From assembly GCA_963753285.1 (NCBI GenBank), contig CAVWBT010000001.1, positions 115,194 to 179,193 on the forward strand: DNA of 64,000 nt, read 5' to 3'. Below are positions 48,238 to 58,626 of the stretch, one piece after another. The notes beneath the pieces were generated by a model. The model saw nothing but the letters and a program-made list of their open reading frames with translations, searched no databases and was not told the DNA's origin. This stretch comes from an uncultured bacterium. GTDB taxonomy: Bacteria > Actinomycetota > Acidimicrobiia > Spongiisociales > ZC4RG35. Every line of letters begins with the position of its first letter. The stretch's first letter is position 1. A program made the position numbers and the translations under genes.

Positions 48238-49179
48238 TCAGGGCGTGATGTGGGTTCCGGCGTCGCCTGCGAGGGCAGCTTCGATGTTCCCGGGCGTAGT
48301 GATGATGGCACGCCGGCCCCCGCCCTCGAGGAAGTCGATCACGGCGGCGATCTTCGGCTTCATCGAGCCCGCCTTGAAGTGGCGTCCCTCTGCGAGGTAC
48401 CGCTTGGCGTCGCCGAGGCTCAGTTCACGAACGAACCGCTGATCCGGGGTCCCGAAGTCGAGTGCCACCTGCTCGATGGAGGTGGAGATCAACAACAGTT
48501 CGGCGCCGATGTCGTTCGCGAGGAGAGCCGAAGCGTGGTCCTTGTCGATGACCGCAGGCACGCCAGTGAGATCACCCGCTTCGTCGGCCACGACGGGGAT
48601 GCCACCGCCGCCCGCGGCGATCACCACGAACCCACCATCGAGGAGGTGTCGGATGGCATCGATCTCGACGATCCGGATGGGAGCGGGCGAGGCCACGACC
48701 CGACGCCATCCTCGATCAGCATCCTCGACCACGTCCCAGCCTTCACGTTCATGGCGATCGCGAGCCTCCGCCTCGGTGAGGAACGACCCGATGGGTTTGG
48801 TCGGCGTGGTGAACGCCGGGTCGTCCGGGGACACCTCCACCTGGGTCACCACGGTGGCGACCGACTTGTCGATGCTCAGGCTTCGGAAGTCCTTGAGGAT
48901 GTTCTGCTGCAGGAGGTAGCCGATCGCCCCCTGGGTGTCGGCCACGCACACCTCCAAGGGGACTTCGTGCAACTCGTGGCGGGCGAGGTCCGATCGGCGC
49001 AGGATGAATCCCACCTGGGGGCCGTTGCCATGCGTGATCACGACGTCCCATCCGCCGGCGACCATCGCCGCGATGTGATGATCCGTCTCGGCGGCTGCGA
49101 GGTACTGATCCTGGACGGTCTGATGTTGGGGGTCGGTGATGAGGCTGTTTCCGCCTATCGCCACCACAGCGCGTGGCAT
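48238..49179 (-). CDS. arcC: Carbamate kinase
   Basis: AVVAIGGNSL N-terminus, ITHGNGPQVG, and VVIAAGGGGIPVV amino-acid-kinase motifs. Confidence 0.8.
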   Translation of the reverse strand: MPRAVVAIGGNSLITDPQHQTVQDQYLAAAETDHHIAAMVAGGWDVVITHGNGPQVGFILRRSDLARHELHEVPLEVCVADTQGAIGYLLQQNILKDFRSLSIDKSVATVVTQVEVSPDDPAFTTPTKPIGSFLTEAEARDRHEREGWDVVEDADRGWRRVVASPAPIRIVEIDAIRHLLDGGFVVIAAGGGGIPVVADEAGDLTGVPAVIDKDHASALLANDIGAELLLISTSIEQVALDFGTPDQRFVRELSLGDAKRYLAEGRHFKAGSMKPKIAAVIDFLEGGGRRAIITTPGNIEAALAGDAGTHITP

Positions 49180-49221
49180 CGGTGTTCCTTTCCTGCCCGG
49201 TGCTCTCCAGTGGAGAGCCTG

Positions 49222-50196
49222 TCACATGGTGAGCGCCATGACCGCTTTCTGGACGTGGAGTCGGTTCTCGGCCTGGTCGTACACGGCGCTCTGGGGACCG
49301 TCGATCACGGCATCGGTCACCTCGATGTTGCGATCGGCCGGCAGCGGATGCATGTAGATCGCGTTGGAGCCGGCCAGCGCCATCCGGTCCTCGTCGACGA
49401 TCCAGTCCTGGTAGCGGGCGCCGATCGATGCCGATTCCCCTTCGTCGGTGGTGGTGAGCATCGCCCCCCACGACTTGGCATACACCACGTCGGCGCCGCG
49501 GATGCCATCCTCGAAGCTGTCGGTCACCTCGAACGAGCCGCCCGCCGACTCGGCATTGGCTCGGGCGTGAGCAACGACCTCCGGCATGAGGTCGAACTCG
49601 GGCGGACGGGCGAGGCGGACCTGCATGCCGAATCGAGTGGCGAGCAGAATGAGGCTCTGCGGGACCGAAAGCGGCTTCTGGTAGCTGGACGCGTAGGCGT
49701 AGCTCACGTCCAGCGTGACCTCCCTGGGGTCACCCTTCTTCTCGACGATCGTCAGAAGGTCGGCGAGCGCCTGGAACGGGTGATACCGGTCGCATTGCAT
49801 GTTGAGGACCGGAACACGCGAAGCCTCGGCGACATCTCGGATGTAGGAATTCCCCATCCCCCAGTCCACCTGGCGGATGGCGATACCGTCGTTGTACCGG
49901 CCCAGGATCACGCCGATCTCCTTGGCGGTGTCGCCGTGAGCGATCTGAGTGGACTTCGACTCGATGAACTGGGCGTGCCCGCCGAGCTGGGCCATACCCG
50001 CCTCGAAGCTGGCTCGGGTGCGAGTGGATGAGAAGAAGAACAGCATGGCCAGGACCTTGTCCCGCAGCATCGGATGTGGGGTGCCCAGCGCCCGGTCCAT
50101 CTTCAGGCGTTTGGCGACCTCGAGTACGGTCTCGAGCTCTTCGACGGTCCACTCCTGGGTCGTGATCATGTCACGGCCCCGCAGTCCGGTGATCAT
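49222..50196 (-). CDS. Ornithine-carbamoyltransferase-like transcarbamylase with atypical motifs (HPLP instead of HCLP, SWG instead of SMG)
   Basis: STRTR carbamoyl-phosphate motif and HPFQ. HPLPADR and KSWGAM replace the canonical OTC motifs. ATGA overlap with the upstream gene. Confidence 0.65.
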   Translation of the reverse strand: MITGLRGRDMITTQEWTVEELETVLEVAKRLKMDRALGTPHPMLRDKVLAMLFFFSSTRTRASFEAGMAQLGGHAQFIESKSTQIAHGDTAKEIGVILGRYNDGIAIRQVDWGMGNSYIRDVAEASRVPVLNMQCDRYHPFQALADLLTIVEKKGDPREVTLDVSYAYASSYQKPLSVPQSLILLATRFGMQVRLARPPEFDLMPEVVAHARANAESAGGSFEVTDSFEDGIRGADVVYAKSWGAMLTTTDEGESASIGARYQDWIVDEDRMALAGSNAIYMHPLPADRNIEVTDAVIDGPQSAVYDQAENRLHVQKAVMALTM

Positions 50197-51158
50197 TCTG
50201 CCGCTCCCAACACGAGGGCGAGCAAGGCCATCCGCATCACGACCCCGTAGTAGGCCTCCTGCCAGTACCGAGCGTGACGAGTCGCATCCACTGTCGGGGG
50301 CAGTTCGTCCATTCGGGGCAACGAGTGGATGACGATCGCGGACGACTTCGCGTCTGCGAGCACGTCGTTGTCGACGACGTAGTTGGCCGGCGTCGCGGCC
50401 ACCTCCCCGCCGCGCTCGTCCCTGCCCTTGGTGTAGTCGGGCTGTACGACCGGCTCGATGAACACGATGTCGGCCCGGCCGATCACCTGGTTCACGTGTT
50501 CGGCCCGCTCGATGTGGAGGCCACGGCCCCGAACCTCATCGATGAGGCCGTCGTCGGGCACGTACTCGTCGGGAGTGATGTAGATCAGCTCGGTGTCGAA
50601 CTGGGTGAGCGCGTAGGCAAGCGAGTGCATCGTGCGCATTCGCCAGTCGCCCACGGCCACGAAGGTCTTGCCGTCGACACTCCCCAGTTCCCGTGTGATG
50701 GTGTACAGATCCGTGAGGACCTGGGTGGGGTGCTCGCCCCAGCCATCTCCACCGTTGATGATGGGAATGGACGCCCACCGGGCCGCCTCGTGCGGCGCAC
50801 CCTTCTGAGGGTGGCGCATCACGATCACATCCCCGTAGTACTCGAGCATCCGAACGGTGTCCTTGATGCTCTCCTGGTAGAAGTCGCCGGCCCGTGTCAT
50901 CTTCGGGTCCGCGAACCCCGTCACGACGCCACCCAATCGCAACATCGCGGATTCGTGGGCGAGCCGCGTTCTCGTCGACGCCTGGAAGAAGGCGCTCACC
51001 AGAATCTTGTCGCTCAGCAGGTCGAGTCGGCGTCGCTCGCGGGGAACCGGCTCGAACCGGTCGGCAACCGCGAAAACCTGCTCGAACTCGGCGCGTTCGA
51101 ATCCGTTCAGCGACAGAATGTCGCGCCCCGCAAAACTTCGCATGCCAGCTCCTGTCAA
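50193..51158 (-). CDS. Aspartate-carbamoyltransferase-like (PyrB-like) transcarbamylase
   Basis: FFQASTRTRLAHESAMLRLGG matches PyrB FFEASTRTRLSFE. Also HPTQ and HSLPR. Confidence 0.65.
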   Translation of the reverse strand: MTGAGMRSFAGRDILSLNGFERAEFEQVFAVADRFEPVPRERRRLDLLSDKILVSAFFQASTRTRLAHESAMLRLGGVVTGFADPKMTRAGDFYQESIKDTVRMLEYYGDVIVMRHPQKGAPHEAARWASIPIINGGDGWGEHPTQVLTDLYTITRELGSVDGKTFVAVGDWRMRTMHSLAYALTQFDTELIYITPDEYVPDDGLIDEVRGRGLHIERAEHVNQVIGRADIVFIEPVVQPDYTKGRDERGGEVAATPANYVVDNDVLADAKSSAIVIHSLPRMDELPPTVDATRHARYWQEAYYGVVMRMALLALVLGAAE

Positions 51159-51248
51159 TGGACTTTCGACAGCTTGGGACGCCGACCCGGTCTTTCCTAG
51201 TGACGTTGGTCCCGATGCGGAGGGCGGCTTCGGCCGTGTTCCCCGGAG

Positions 51249-51985
51249 CTAGCGAGGACCGAAGAGATCGGAGAGGTCGGGCATCTGCTGTTTCGCCCCA
51301 CTGCTCTGGCCGGCCTGGCCCGCGAGTCCTCCGAGGATGTCCAGCAGGCCTCCGCCTGGGGAGGAGTCCCCACTCGACGGACCGCCGCCGAGCATCCCAC
51401 CCAGGATGTCACCGAGACCCCCGCCGGAAGATCCGGCGCCTGCCGCCGAGCTGCCGCCGAGCAGGCCACCGAGCAGATCGTCGAGACCGCCGCCACCCGA
51501 ACCCCCTCCCCCGAGCATCCCGCCCAGGATGTCGCCCAGCCCGCCCGACGATGACGGGCGCCTCGCCTCCGGCTCGACACCGCTCCTCCGAGCTTCTTCG
51601 AGAGCCACGCCATCACCATCGGCGCCAGCATCGGAAGCAGGTTCTCCATCAACGAGCTGCCACCCGTTTTGGCCCCGAGCCGATTGACCACGCCGTCGGT
51701 CCGATCGCCGAACACGTGACCGACGATCTTCTTGCCGTCCTCGGGATTCACCCGATCGACGACGTCTTCGGCATCGAGCACCGATCCGTCGTGGTCCTTG
51801 ATCAGAGCGCCGAGCAGCGAGGTCGCTTCGTCCTGTGAACGGTGGGCGTTGGCGTTCATTCCCTGCAGCAGCGCAGGCAGGGCGAGCTCGGTCGCTTGCT
51901 CGACTTCCTCACGGGTAGCGCCCAGACGGGCAGCGAGTTGGTCGAACGGGATCGTTTCGCGCAGCTCCTCGTTGATGTCTTCCAT
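51249..51985 (-). CDS. DUF937 (YidB-like) protein, frameshifted near 51590
   Basis: N-terminal helical part (MEDINEELRETIPFDQ..MVMAWLSKKLGG) is in one frame. C-terminal GGLGDILGGMLGG repeats are in the +1 frame. Confidence 0.5.
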
Positions 51986-52109
51986 CGAGTGCCTCCTCGT
52001 CGTGTGGGTCTTCGTCGAACCTACCCGTCTCTGGACCGCACTGTGACGTCGAACCCGGCAACCGGAGTGCACGCCGGGTTGACGATGCTCGAACGCCGGT
52101 AGTCTGGCG

Positions 52110-53538
52110 TTGATGGCCCAGACCTTCTACGAACCACTCTCCTATCTCGATTCATCGTTCCTCGCGCTCGAGACGCGCACGACACACATGCACGTGGCGT
52201 CGGTGGTGCTCTTCGAGGCAGGTCCGCTGACGAAATCGGACGGCGGGATCGACATCCAGCGGATCAAGGATCACATCGAGGCGAAGCTCCAGTACATCCC
52301 CCGGTATCGCCAGCGGCTGGCATTCGTGCCATACAACCGCGCCCCGGTGTGGATCGACGACGACGCCTTCAACTTCGACTTCCATGTTCGTCACACCAGC
52401 CTCCCGAGACCGGGAAACGAAGGGCAACTGAAGGCGCTGGCGGGACGCATCGTCTCCCAACAGCTGGACCGCAGCAAGCCGCTGTGGGAACTCTGGATCG
52501 TCGAGGGCCTCGAGGAGGGCAAGTTCGCCATCATCGCCAAGATCCATCACTGCATGATCGACGGGATCTCAGGAGTCGACCTGACGACCATCCTCCTCAA
52601 TGTTGTTCCCACCGAGGAGATCGAAGAGAAGGTGCCGTGGGAAGCCCGTCCGGCTCCGACGCCGGCCGAACTGGCCGTGTCCGAACTCGCTCGCTCGACG
52701 CGGAAGCTGATCGACGACCTGACCTCAATCACCGAGACGGCCAAGACCGGTATCGGGAAGATCGGAACCACAGCGGCGAAGCTGTCGGCCGCAGCCGACT
52801 CGCTGCGATCTGGATGGCTGTCTCAGTCGACGAGCACGCCGCTCAACCCCGACATCGGCCCGAATCGGCGGTTCGACTGGACCGAGATGCCGCTGGACGA
52901 GGTCAAGCACATCAAGAACGCCCTCGGGGGCACCGTCAACGATGTCGTGCTGGCGATCACGGCGGGCGCGATCCGCCATTTCCTCGAAGTCGAACGGGGA
53001 TTCTCGGCCGATGGCATCGAATTCCGGGCGATGGCACCAGTGTCGGTTCGCAGACCCGATCAGAAGGGATCGCTCGGCAACCAGGTCGCCATGTGGCTCG
53101 TCCACCTGCCGGTCGATGAGCCGGATGCGGTCAAGCGACTGCATGCGATCGCAGCCGAGACCGACCACCTCAAAGAAGTCGAACCAGGCGCTCGGAGCGG
53201 CGACGCTCGTCGACCTGAGCAGCGGGACCCCGCTCCCGTTGCTCAGCATCGCCAACCGCGTGGCCTCCAGCACCATCCGGCCGTTCAACATGACCGTCAC
53301 GAACGTGCCCGGCCCGCAGTTCCCCATGTATCTCATCGGGTCCAAGATGCTGGCCAACTACCCGATCGTGCCGCTCTGGGCCCAACACGGCGTCGGCCTC
53401 GCCCTCTTCTCCTACGACGGGCGCCTGCTGTGGGGAGTGCACGCCGACTACGACACGGTGCCCGACACCGAGGCGTTCGTCGGTTCACTCCATCACAGCT
53501 TCAAACTGCTGACGAATGCAGCCGACGCTTCAAGCTGA
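52110..53538 (+). CDS. Wax ester synthase/diacylglycerol acyltransferase (WS/DGAT), frameshifted near 53175
   Basis: HHCMIDGISG active-site motif. C-terminal third (..NQALGAATLVDLSSGTPLPLLSIANRV..NVPGPQFPMYL..) continues in another frame after AIAAETDHLK. Confidence 0.65.
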
Positions 53539-54428
53539 GGCGTCGACGACTCGATCACCAGCCTGGGCGGGTCTCATCGGTGCGGTCATCATCTCGTTCA
53601 GCGCGATCTTCTTCGAACTGTCCGGCGCCGATCCACTCACGGCGACCGGCTTCCGGATGGTGTATGCGCTGCCGGTCCTGCTGGCACTGTGGTGGCGGAT
53701 CAGGGACAGGGATTCGAGACCGACGAGCGACCGGATGATCGGACTCCTGTCGGGGGTGTTCCTGGCGATCGACGTCGTCGTCTGGCAGTCGTCGATGGCA
53801 TACATCGGGACCGGCCTCGCCACGTTGATCGCCAACAGCCAGGTCGTGATCGTGCCGCTCGCAGCCTGGCTGCTGCTCAGCGAGCGGCCCGGCCGAGCAG
53901 TGATCGTTGCGCTTCCGATCGTCCTGACCGGCCTGGCGCTCATCACCGGCCTTGGGAAGCCAATCCACCTTCGGCACGCGCCCGGTGCTCGGCGTCACCA
54001 TGGCGTTCAGCGCGGCGTTCCTCTATTCCGCCTTCCTCATGCTGTGGCGGCGAAGCAACATCCGGCTCGTCCCGACCGCCGGCCCGCTCCTCGATGCCGT
54101 GGCGGGCGCCGCCATCGTCACCGTCGCGTTCGCCCTCCTCACCGGGCGCGGCGACCTGACACCTTCGTGGCCGACCCACGGCTGGATCCTGGCGCTCGCG
54201 CTCGGACCACAGGTCGTCGGGTGGCTGTTCATCGGACACTCCATGCCGAGACTGCCCTCGGCCTACACGTCCTTCATCATCCTGCTCCAGCCGACCCTGA
54301 CCCTGCTGTGGGGTCGACTGATCTTCGATGAGACACCGTCAGCGCTGCAATACGCCGGGGTCGCGGTCGTGCTGGCGGGCATCGTGCTCGCCACCAGTTC
54401 GGCCGTGCGCATCCGTCCTCAGGCCTGA
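53516..54428 (+). CDS. EamA/DMT-family transporter, frameshifted near 53965
   Basis: First five TMS in one frame (..FRMVYALPVLL..). The remainder (..GVTMAFSAAFLYSAFLML..) is in another frame. Confidence 0.5.
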
Positions 54429-54826
54429 CGCATCGCATTCGCCTTGGCGGCACCCCACGTGAGATGGGCGTGCCACACCTTCTCGCCCAACGCCGACGAC
54501 GACGCCGGGGCGAGATCGAAGACGTCCCCGGGAATGGCTCGTTCCACCATCGGATCTCGCTCCGCCGGTTCGACACCGAGGTCGATCAGTGCTGCGGTCG
54601 GGAACCGCATCGCCTCTTGGAACAGCTCGAGCGGGCCCCGGCGCTGCACGTCGAACGGTTCGGACAGGAGCCGGTCGAGCTGGGCGTCGAGCCACTGTTC
54701 TCCTTCGTCGATCGCCGCGGCGATGGTCGGCCCGACCTCCCACCCGCGCGTCTCGAACAGATGCACCAGCCACGGTCGGTACACCCGTGACAGCGCCTCA
54801 CGCAGGGCTCGCGCCTCGGGGATCAT
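54419..54826 (-). CDS. Hypothetical protein (135 aa)
   Basis: Coherent ORF. No recognised domain. Confidence 0.35.
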   Translation of the reverse strand: MIPEARALREALSRVYRPWLVHLFETRGWEVGPTIAAAIDEGEQWLDAQLDRLLSEPFDVQRRGPLELFQEAMRFPTAALIDLGVEPAERDPMVERAIPGDVFDLAPASSSALGEKVWHAHLTWGAAKANAMRQA

Positions 54827-55791
54827 CCGCCGAACACCTGCACCACCATCAAGCCGTACGGACCGTCGATGGCTGCGACCCCGACCCGGTCGTACGACCG
54901 CTCCAGCATGTTGCGACGATGTGAATCGGATCGCAGGAACCCGTCGTGCACCGCTCGTGTCGAACTCGCCAACGCCAGGTTCTCGCCCACGATCGTCAAA
55001 CGGATGCCGGCACGTTCGACTCGGTCCCGGACCCCTCCTGAGGTCGGTGAGATGTGCGACACGTAGCCGTTCACGTACATGTCGAGGGCATGACCCCGTG
55101 CCACCTCCGAGAGTCCCTCCGAGGCCGCCAGCGGTGGCCGGCCGGCGGCGACCCGCTCCTCGTTCAGCAGCTCGAACGACTCCGTCGCCTCACCTGGAGA
55201 TTCCGACAGCTGATCCACCGACGACGGCGGCATCTCGAACACATCGTCGTCGTCGAGGATGACACGCTCGGCTCCGGCGATCGACTTCAGGGCGAGGAGC
55301 GATCCGATGACATCGTCACCCGCCACGGACTCCAGCATCTCACGAGGTGCCGACTCTGGGCCGGCGAGGGCTGTGAGCACGGTCGACTCTTCGATCGGCT
55401 GGGCGATGGCGTCGGGGACACGGACTGCCTCGAGGATCGAAACCAACACGAGGATGAGGAACACCCCCCACGCCACCGCGACCCCGGTGCCCAGCAGCCG
55501 ATTGGACAGGTTCAGCCCCGGCAGGCTCATGAAGCGCCCCAGCATCGACGCGAGAATCGAGAAGCCCACCCCGACCAGAACGAAGATGACGATCCCGGCG
55601 CCCAGCCGCGCCCACTCGGGGGTCACGTCGAACCGGTCTGCGAGGAAGTCGCCGATCGGGGCGCTCACCCTGAAGCCGACGAACACACCGACCACGAGAC
55701 CGGCGAGATCGAGGGCCTCTTTCACTGCGCCGCGTACCCAGCCGCGCACGGCGAGAGCGGCCAGATACAGGCCGAGGATGAAGTCCAGCAT
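54823..55791 (-). CDS. CvpA-family membrane domain fused to a C-terminal CAP/SCP (YkwD-like) domain
   Basis: Four N-terminal TM helices of CvpA type. C-terminal GHALDMYVNGYVSHISP..GENLA..HDGFLRSDSHRRNML CAP-domain pattern. Confidence 0.55.
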   Translation of the reverse strand: MLDFILGLYLAALAVRGWVRGAVKEALDLAGLVVGVFVGFRVSAPIGDFLADRFDVTPEWARLGAGIVIFVLVGVGFSILASMLGRFMSLPGLNLSNRLLGTGVAVAWGVFLILVLVSILEAVRVPDAIAQPIEESTVLTALAGPESAPREMLESVAGDDVIGSLLALKSIAGAERVILDDDDVFEMPPSSVDQLSESPGEATESFELLNEERVAAGRPPLAASEGLSEVARGHALDMYVNGYVSHISPTSGGVRDRVERAGIRLTIVGENLALASSTRAVHDGFLRSDSHRRNMLERSYDRVGVAAIDGPYGLMVVQVFGG

Positions 55792-56510
55792 CAGCGATCG
55801 CCGACGACGCGGATCCGCATCCGCTTGTTTGCCTTGCCTTTCGACTCCGTCTTCTCAACCGAGACCGTCCCGACCTCGAGCGTCGAGTGGACGTGTGTGC
55901 CACCGTCCGCCTGACGGTCGAGACCGACGATGTCGACCACCCGGATCTCCTGCACCCACTCGGGGATCAGGTTCACCTTGGTCCTGATGAGGTCCGGGTC
56001 GGCCAGCGCAGCCTCCCTCGCCATGATCTGGATCTCGGTCGGATAGCCCTTGACCAGTTCCTCGTTCAGCTTCCGCTCGACCATCGCCCCGAATTCCTGG
56101 GAGATCGAGTCGAGCTCGAAGTCCATCCGTGCCGTCCCGTCGTCCATGTTCCCGCCGGTGACCTTCGCTCCGAAGTCGCGGTACACGACACCGCTCAACG
56201 CATGCAACGCCGTGTGGGTGCGCATGATCCGGTAGCGACGGTCCCAGTCGATCACTCCCTCGACGGGCACCCCCGGCTCGGGACGATCCTCGGAGGAGAC
56301 CACGTGGATGATCTTGCCCGAGCGTCGGATCGTGTCGACGACATCGACACTCCCTCCGTTCCAGCTGATCGTCCCGACGTCCCCGGGCTGGCCACCACCA
56401 CGGGCATAGAACACCGTGCGATCGAGCACGATGCCATCGTCCAGCCATTCGGTGACGGTGCCCTCTGCGGTCCGAAGATAGGAGTCGCTCGCGGCGAGTT
56501 CCTCGGTCAT
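55791..56510 (-). CDS. Alanyl-tRNA editing protein AlaX-M-like (misacylated tRNA-Ala deacylase)
   Basis: HTALHAL and GGTHV zinc-binding motifs of the Ala/Thr-tRNA synthetase editing (second additional) domain. Confidence 0.6.
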   Translation of the reverse strand: MTEELAASDSYLRTAEGTVTEWLDDGIVLDRTVFYARGGGQPGDVGTISWNGGSVDVVDTIRRSGKIIHVVSSEDRPEPGVPVEGVIDWDRRYRIMRTHTALHALSGVVYRDFGAKVTGGNMDDGTARMDFELDSISQEFGAMVERKLNEELVKGYPTEIQIMAREAALADPDLIRTKVNLIPEWVQEIRVVDIVGLDRQADGGTHVHSTLEVGTVSVEKTESKGKANKRMRIRVVGDR

Positions 56511-57748
56511 CTCGGTTCCACCGCCTCGGCCGGGGCACTCGCCTCGAGTTCACTCAACTCGCCCGTGTCGAAGAGCCGCGGGTCGTCCCCATGCGGCCGG
56601 CGGCGGGTGGGGAGCTTGCGCTCGGGCCGATCGGTGATCTCGATCATCGCTTCGCTCGCCTCTTCCCAGGACTCACCCAGCACACGGGTTCGCCAGAGAT
56701 GTCCAGCGAGGATGCGGAGCGCGGCGAACGTCGGCACTGCGAGCACCACACCGAGCAGTCCGGCCAGCGAGCCCCCCATGAGGAGCGCGAGCACGATGAT
56801 GACCGGAGAGAGATGCACCCGAGCCCGCTGCACCATCGGCGTGATGACGTGATTGTCGAGCTGCTGGATGATGGTGAACGCCACGACAGCGATGACGGCA
56901 GTCGACAGGTGGCCATCGAGAAGCGAGACCGAGGCTGCCAGCACCGCCCCGAAGAACGGTCCCACGAGCGGGATCAGATTGAGGAACCCGGTCGCCATCC
57001 CGATGATCAGCCAGAACGGCACATCGAGAACGAACAGGACCGCCGACGACAGCACACCGACGAACAACGACACCAGGAGCTGGCCTCTCACGAAGCTCGA
57101 CAGCGCAGTCGAGAGCTGCCTGCTGACATGACTGACCTCGTCCCGGAGCCGCGGCGGTGTGAGCTCATACGCGAGACGCTGCGTCCTGGGGAGGTCGACG
57201 AGCAGATAGAAGGCGAGGATCGGCGCCAGCAGCACGACCACCCCGACCTCTGCGACGCCGGCCAGAAGCCGACCGGCACCCGAACCAAAGCCCCCGAGGA
57301 TCGTCTGGATCGCTTCTTGGTTGTTCGGATCCTGGATCCACTCCTGGATCGTCTGGGATGTCCAGACTGGACCGAGATCGAACCCGAGATCGTCGCCCGT
57401 CTCCTGTAGGAACTGGATCGTGTCGTCGTAGATCTCGGGCAACCGCTCACCGAACTCCGAGCTCTGGGTCTGGATCGTCGGCACGACGAGGAATCCGATC
57501 GCCGTGACGAACGCACCGAGTACGACGAAGGCGAAGAGGGTCGCAACCACCCGGGGGATCGCCACGCGGCTGAGCGCCTTGACGATCGGGTTGAGCAGGA
57601 TGACGAGACCGCCGGCGAAGGCCAGCGGGAGCCAGATGATCTTGACTTGCGACGCCAGCCAGATGAGGGCTGCGAGAAGGACTCCGAAGCCGACGATCGA
57701 CCAGATTCCGTAGGCGAGGCGCCGCAGACGTTCGGTGGTGCCCGTCAC
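56507..57748 (-). CDS. AI-2E family (PerM/UPF0118) transporter
   Basis: Topology and conserved ..VLSSAVLFVLDVPFWLIIGMATGFLNLIPLVGP.. block. Start (GTG 57748) is uncertain. Confidence 0.55.
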   Translation of the reverse strand: MTGTTERLRRLAYGIWSIVGFGVLLAALIWLASQVKIIWLPLAFAGGLVILLNPIVKALSRVAIPRVVATLFAFVVLGAFVTAIGFLVVPTIQTQSSEFGERLPEIYDDTIQFLQETGDDLGFDLGPVWTSQTIQEWIQDPNNQEAIQTILGGFGSGAGRLLAGVAEVGVVVLLAPILAFYLLVDLPRTQRLAYELTPPRLRDEVSHVSRQLSTALSSFVRGQLLVSLFVGVLSSAVLFVLDVPFWLIIGMATGFLNLIPLVGPFFGAVLAASVSLLDGHLSTAVIAVVAFTIIQQLDNHVITPMVQRARVHLSPVIIVLALLMGGSLAGLLGVVLAVPTFAALRILAGHLWRTRVLGESWEEASEAMIEITDRPERKLPTRRRPHGDDPRLFDTGELSELEASAPAEAVEPR

Positions 57749-57762
57749 GTCGAAGAGTGTAC

Positions 57763-58626
57763 TCAGGGGTCCCCGTAGCTCACGGTCACGCGAGAGTCCC
57801 CGGCGACGACGAGCGTCCACTGCGTGTCCCCCGGCGAAGCGAGCCCGCGCTCGGTGCGGGTCCAGTCGTTCGGCGTGGTCGCCTCCCCGTCCAGCACGAT
57901 CCCGACTCCACGCGGAACGGAGATGTCGAAGACGCCTGTGACGTCCAGGATGGACTCCCTCTGGACCGATGACAACGCGATCGAGCCGGCTCCGCTCGCC
58001 TGGATCGAGACTTGCTCGGCGCCGTCGGTGCTGATCTCCAGGCTGGTCGCCGCAAGATCGAGTTCCCACGACTCGACGTCACCGAGACTGAGCTGCCATC
58101 CTTCGAACTCGAAGAAGCCGGGGTCGTCCCGTTCGGTCAGCACGATCTCGGCGCGTCCGTCACCGACCAGTGGCGTGGCGATCGCCGGCGCGACACCGCC
58201 GCCTCGGCGGCGCATCGTGACCGAGGCGAGCGTGTCGCCTCCGTTGAAATCCACCACGAGGACGTCGATCGGGCCTGCCGTGAGCTTGGCGGTGCCGACC
58301 TCGCCCGGATCGACGTCGATCTCGACATCTCCCACCGCAGACGGGAGCACCGAGACCGCGTTGAGGTGCAGGGCGAGACCCGTCAGCAGCCAGGTCAGCA
58401 GGATCGCCGGCGGAATCCATCGCCAGACGCCCCGTCGCAGCAGCGCGATCGGGAGCACGACGAGTGCGAGTGCCACCGCGGGCCAGAGAGCCGACAGGTC
58501 AAGGACGAGGGTGGTGGAAAGCAGCTGCGCAACGACGGCGACCACGATCGCCACGGTCGCCATCGAGAAGAGCAGCCACAACGCGACCGGCCACGGTGAG
58601 GCGCCCGGGACCGGCTTGTCGCTCAC
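57763..58626 (-). CDS. Membrane protein, hypothetical (LiaF/toastrack-like C-terminal region possible)
   Basis: N-terminal TM helices, beta-rich C-terminus. Confidence 0.4.
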   Translation of the reverse strand: MSDKPVPGASPWPVALWLLFSMATVAIVVAVVAQLLSTTLVLDLSALWPAVALALVVLPIALLRRGVWRWIPPAILLTWLLTGLALHLNAVSVLPSAVGDVEIDVDPGEVGTAKLTAGPIDVLVVDFNGGDTLASVTMRRRGGGVAPAIATPLVGDGRAEIVLTERDDPGFFEFEGWQLSLGDVESWELDLAATSLEISTDGAEQVSIQASGAGSIALSSVQRESILDVTGVFDISVPRGVGIVLDGEATTPNDWTRTERGLASPGDTQWTLVVAGDSRVTVSYGDP

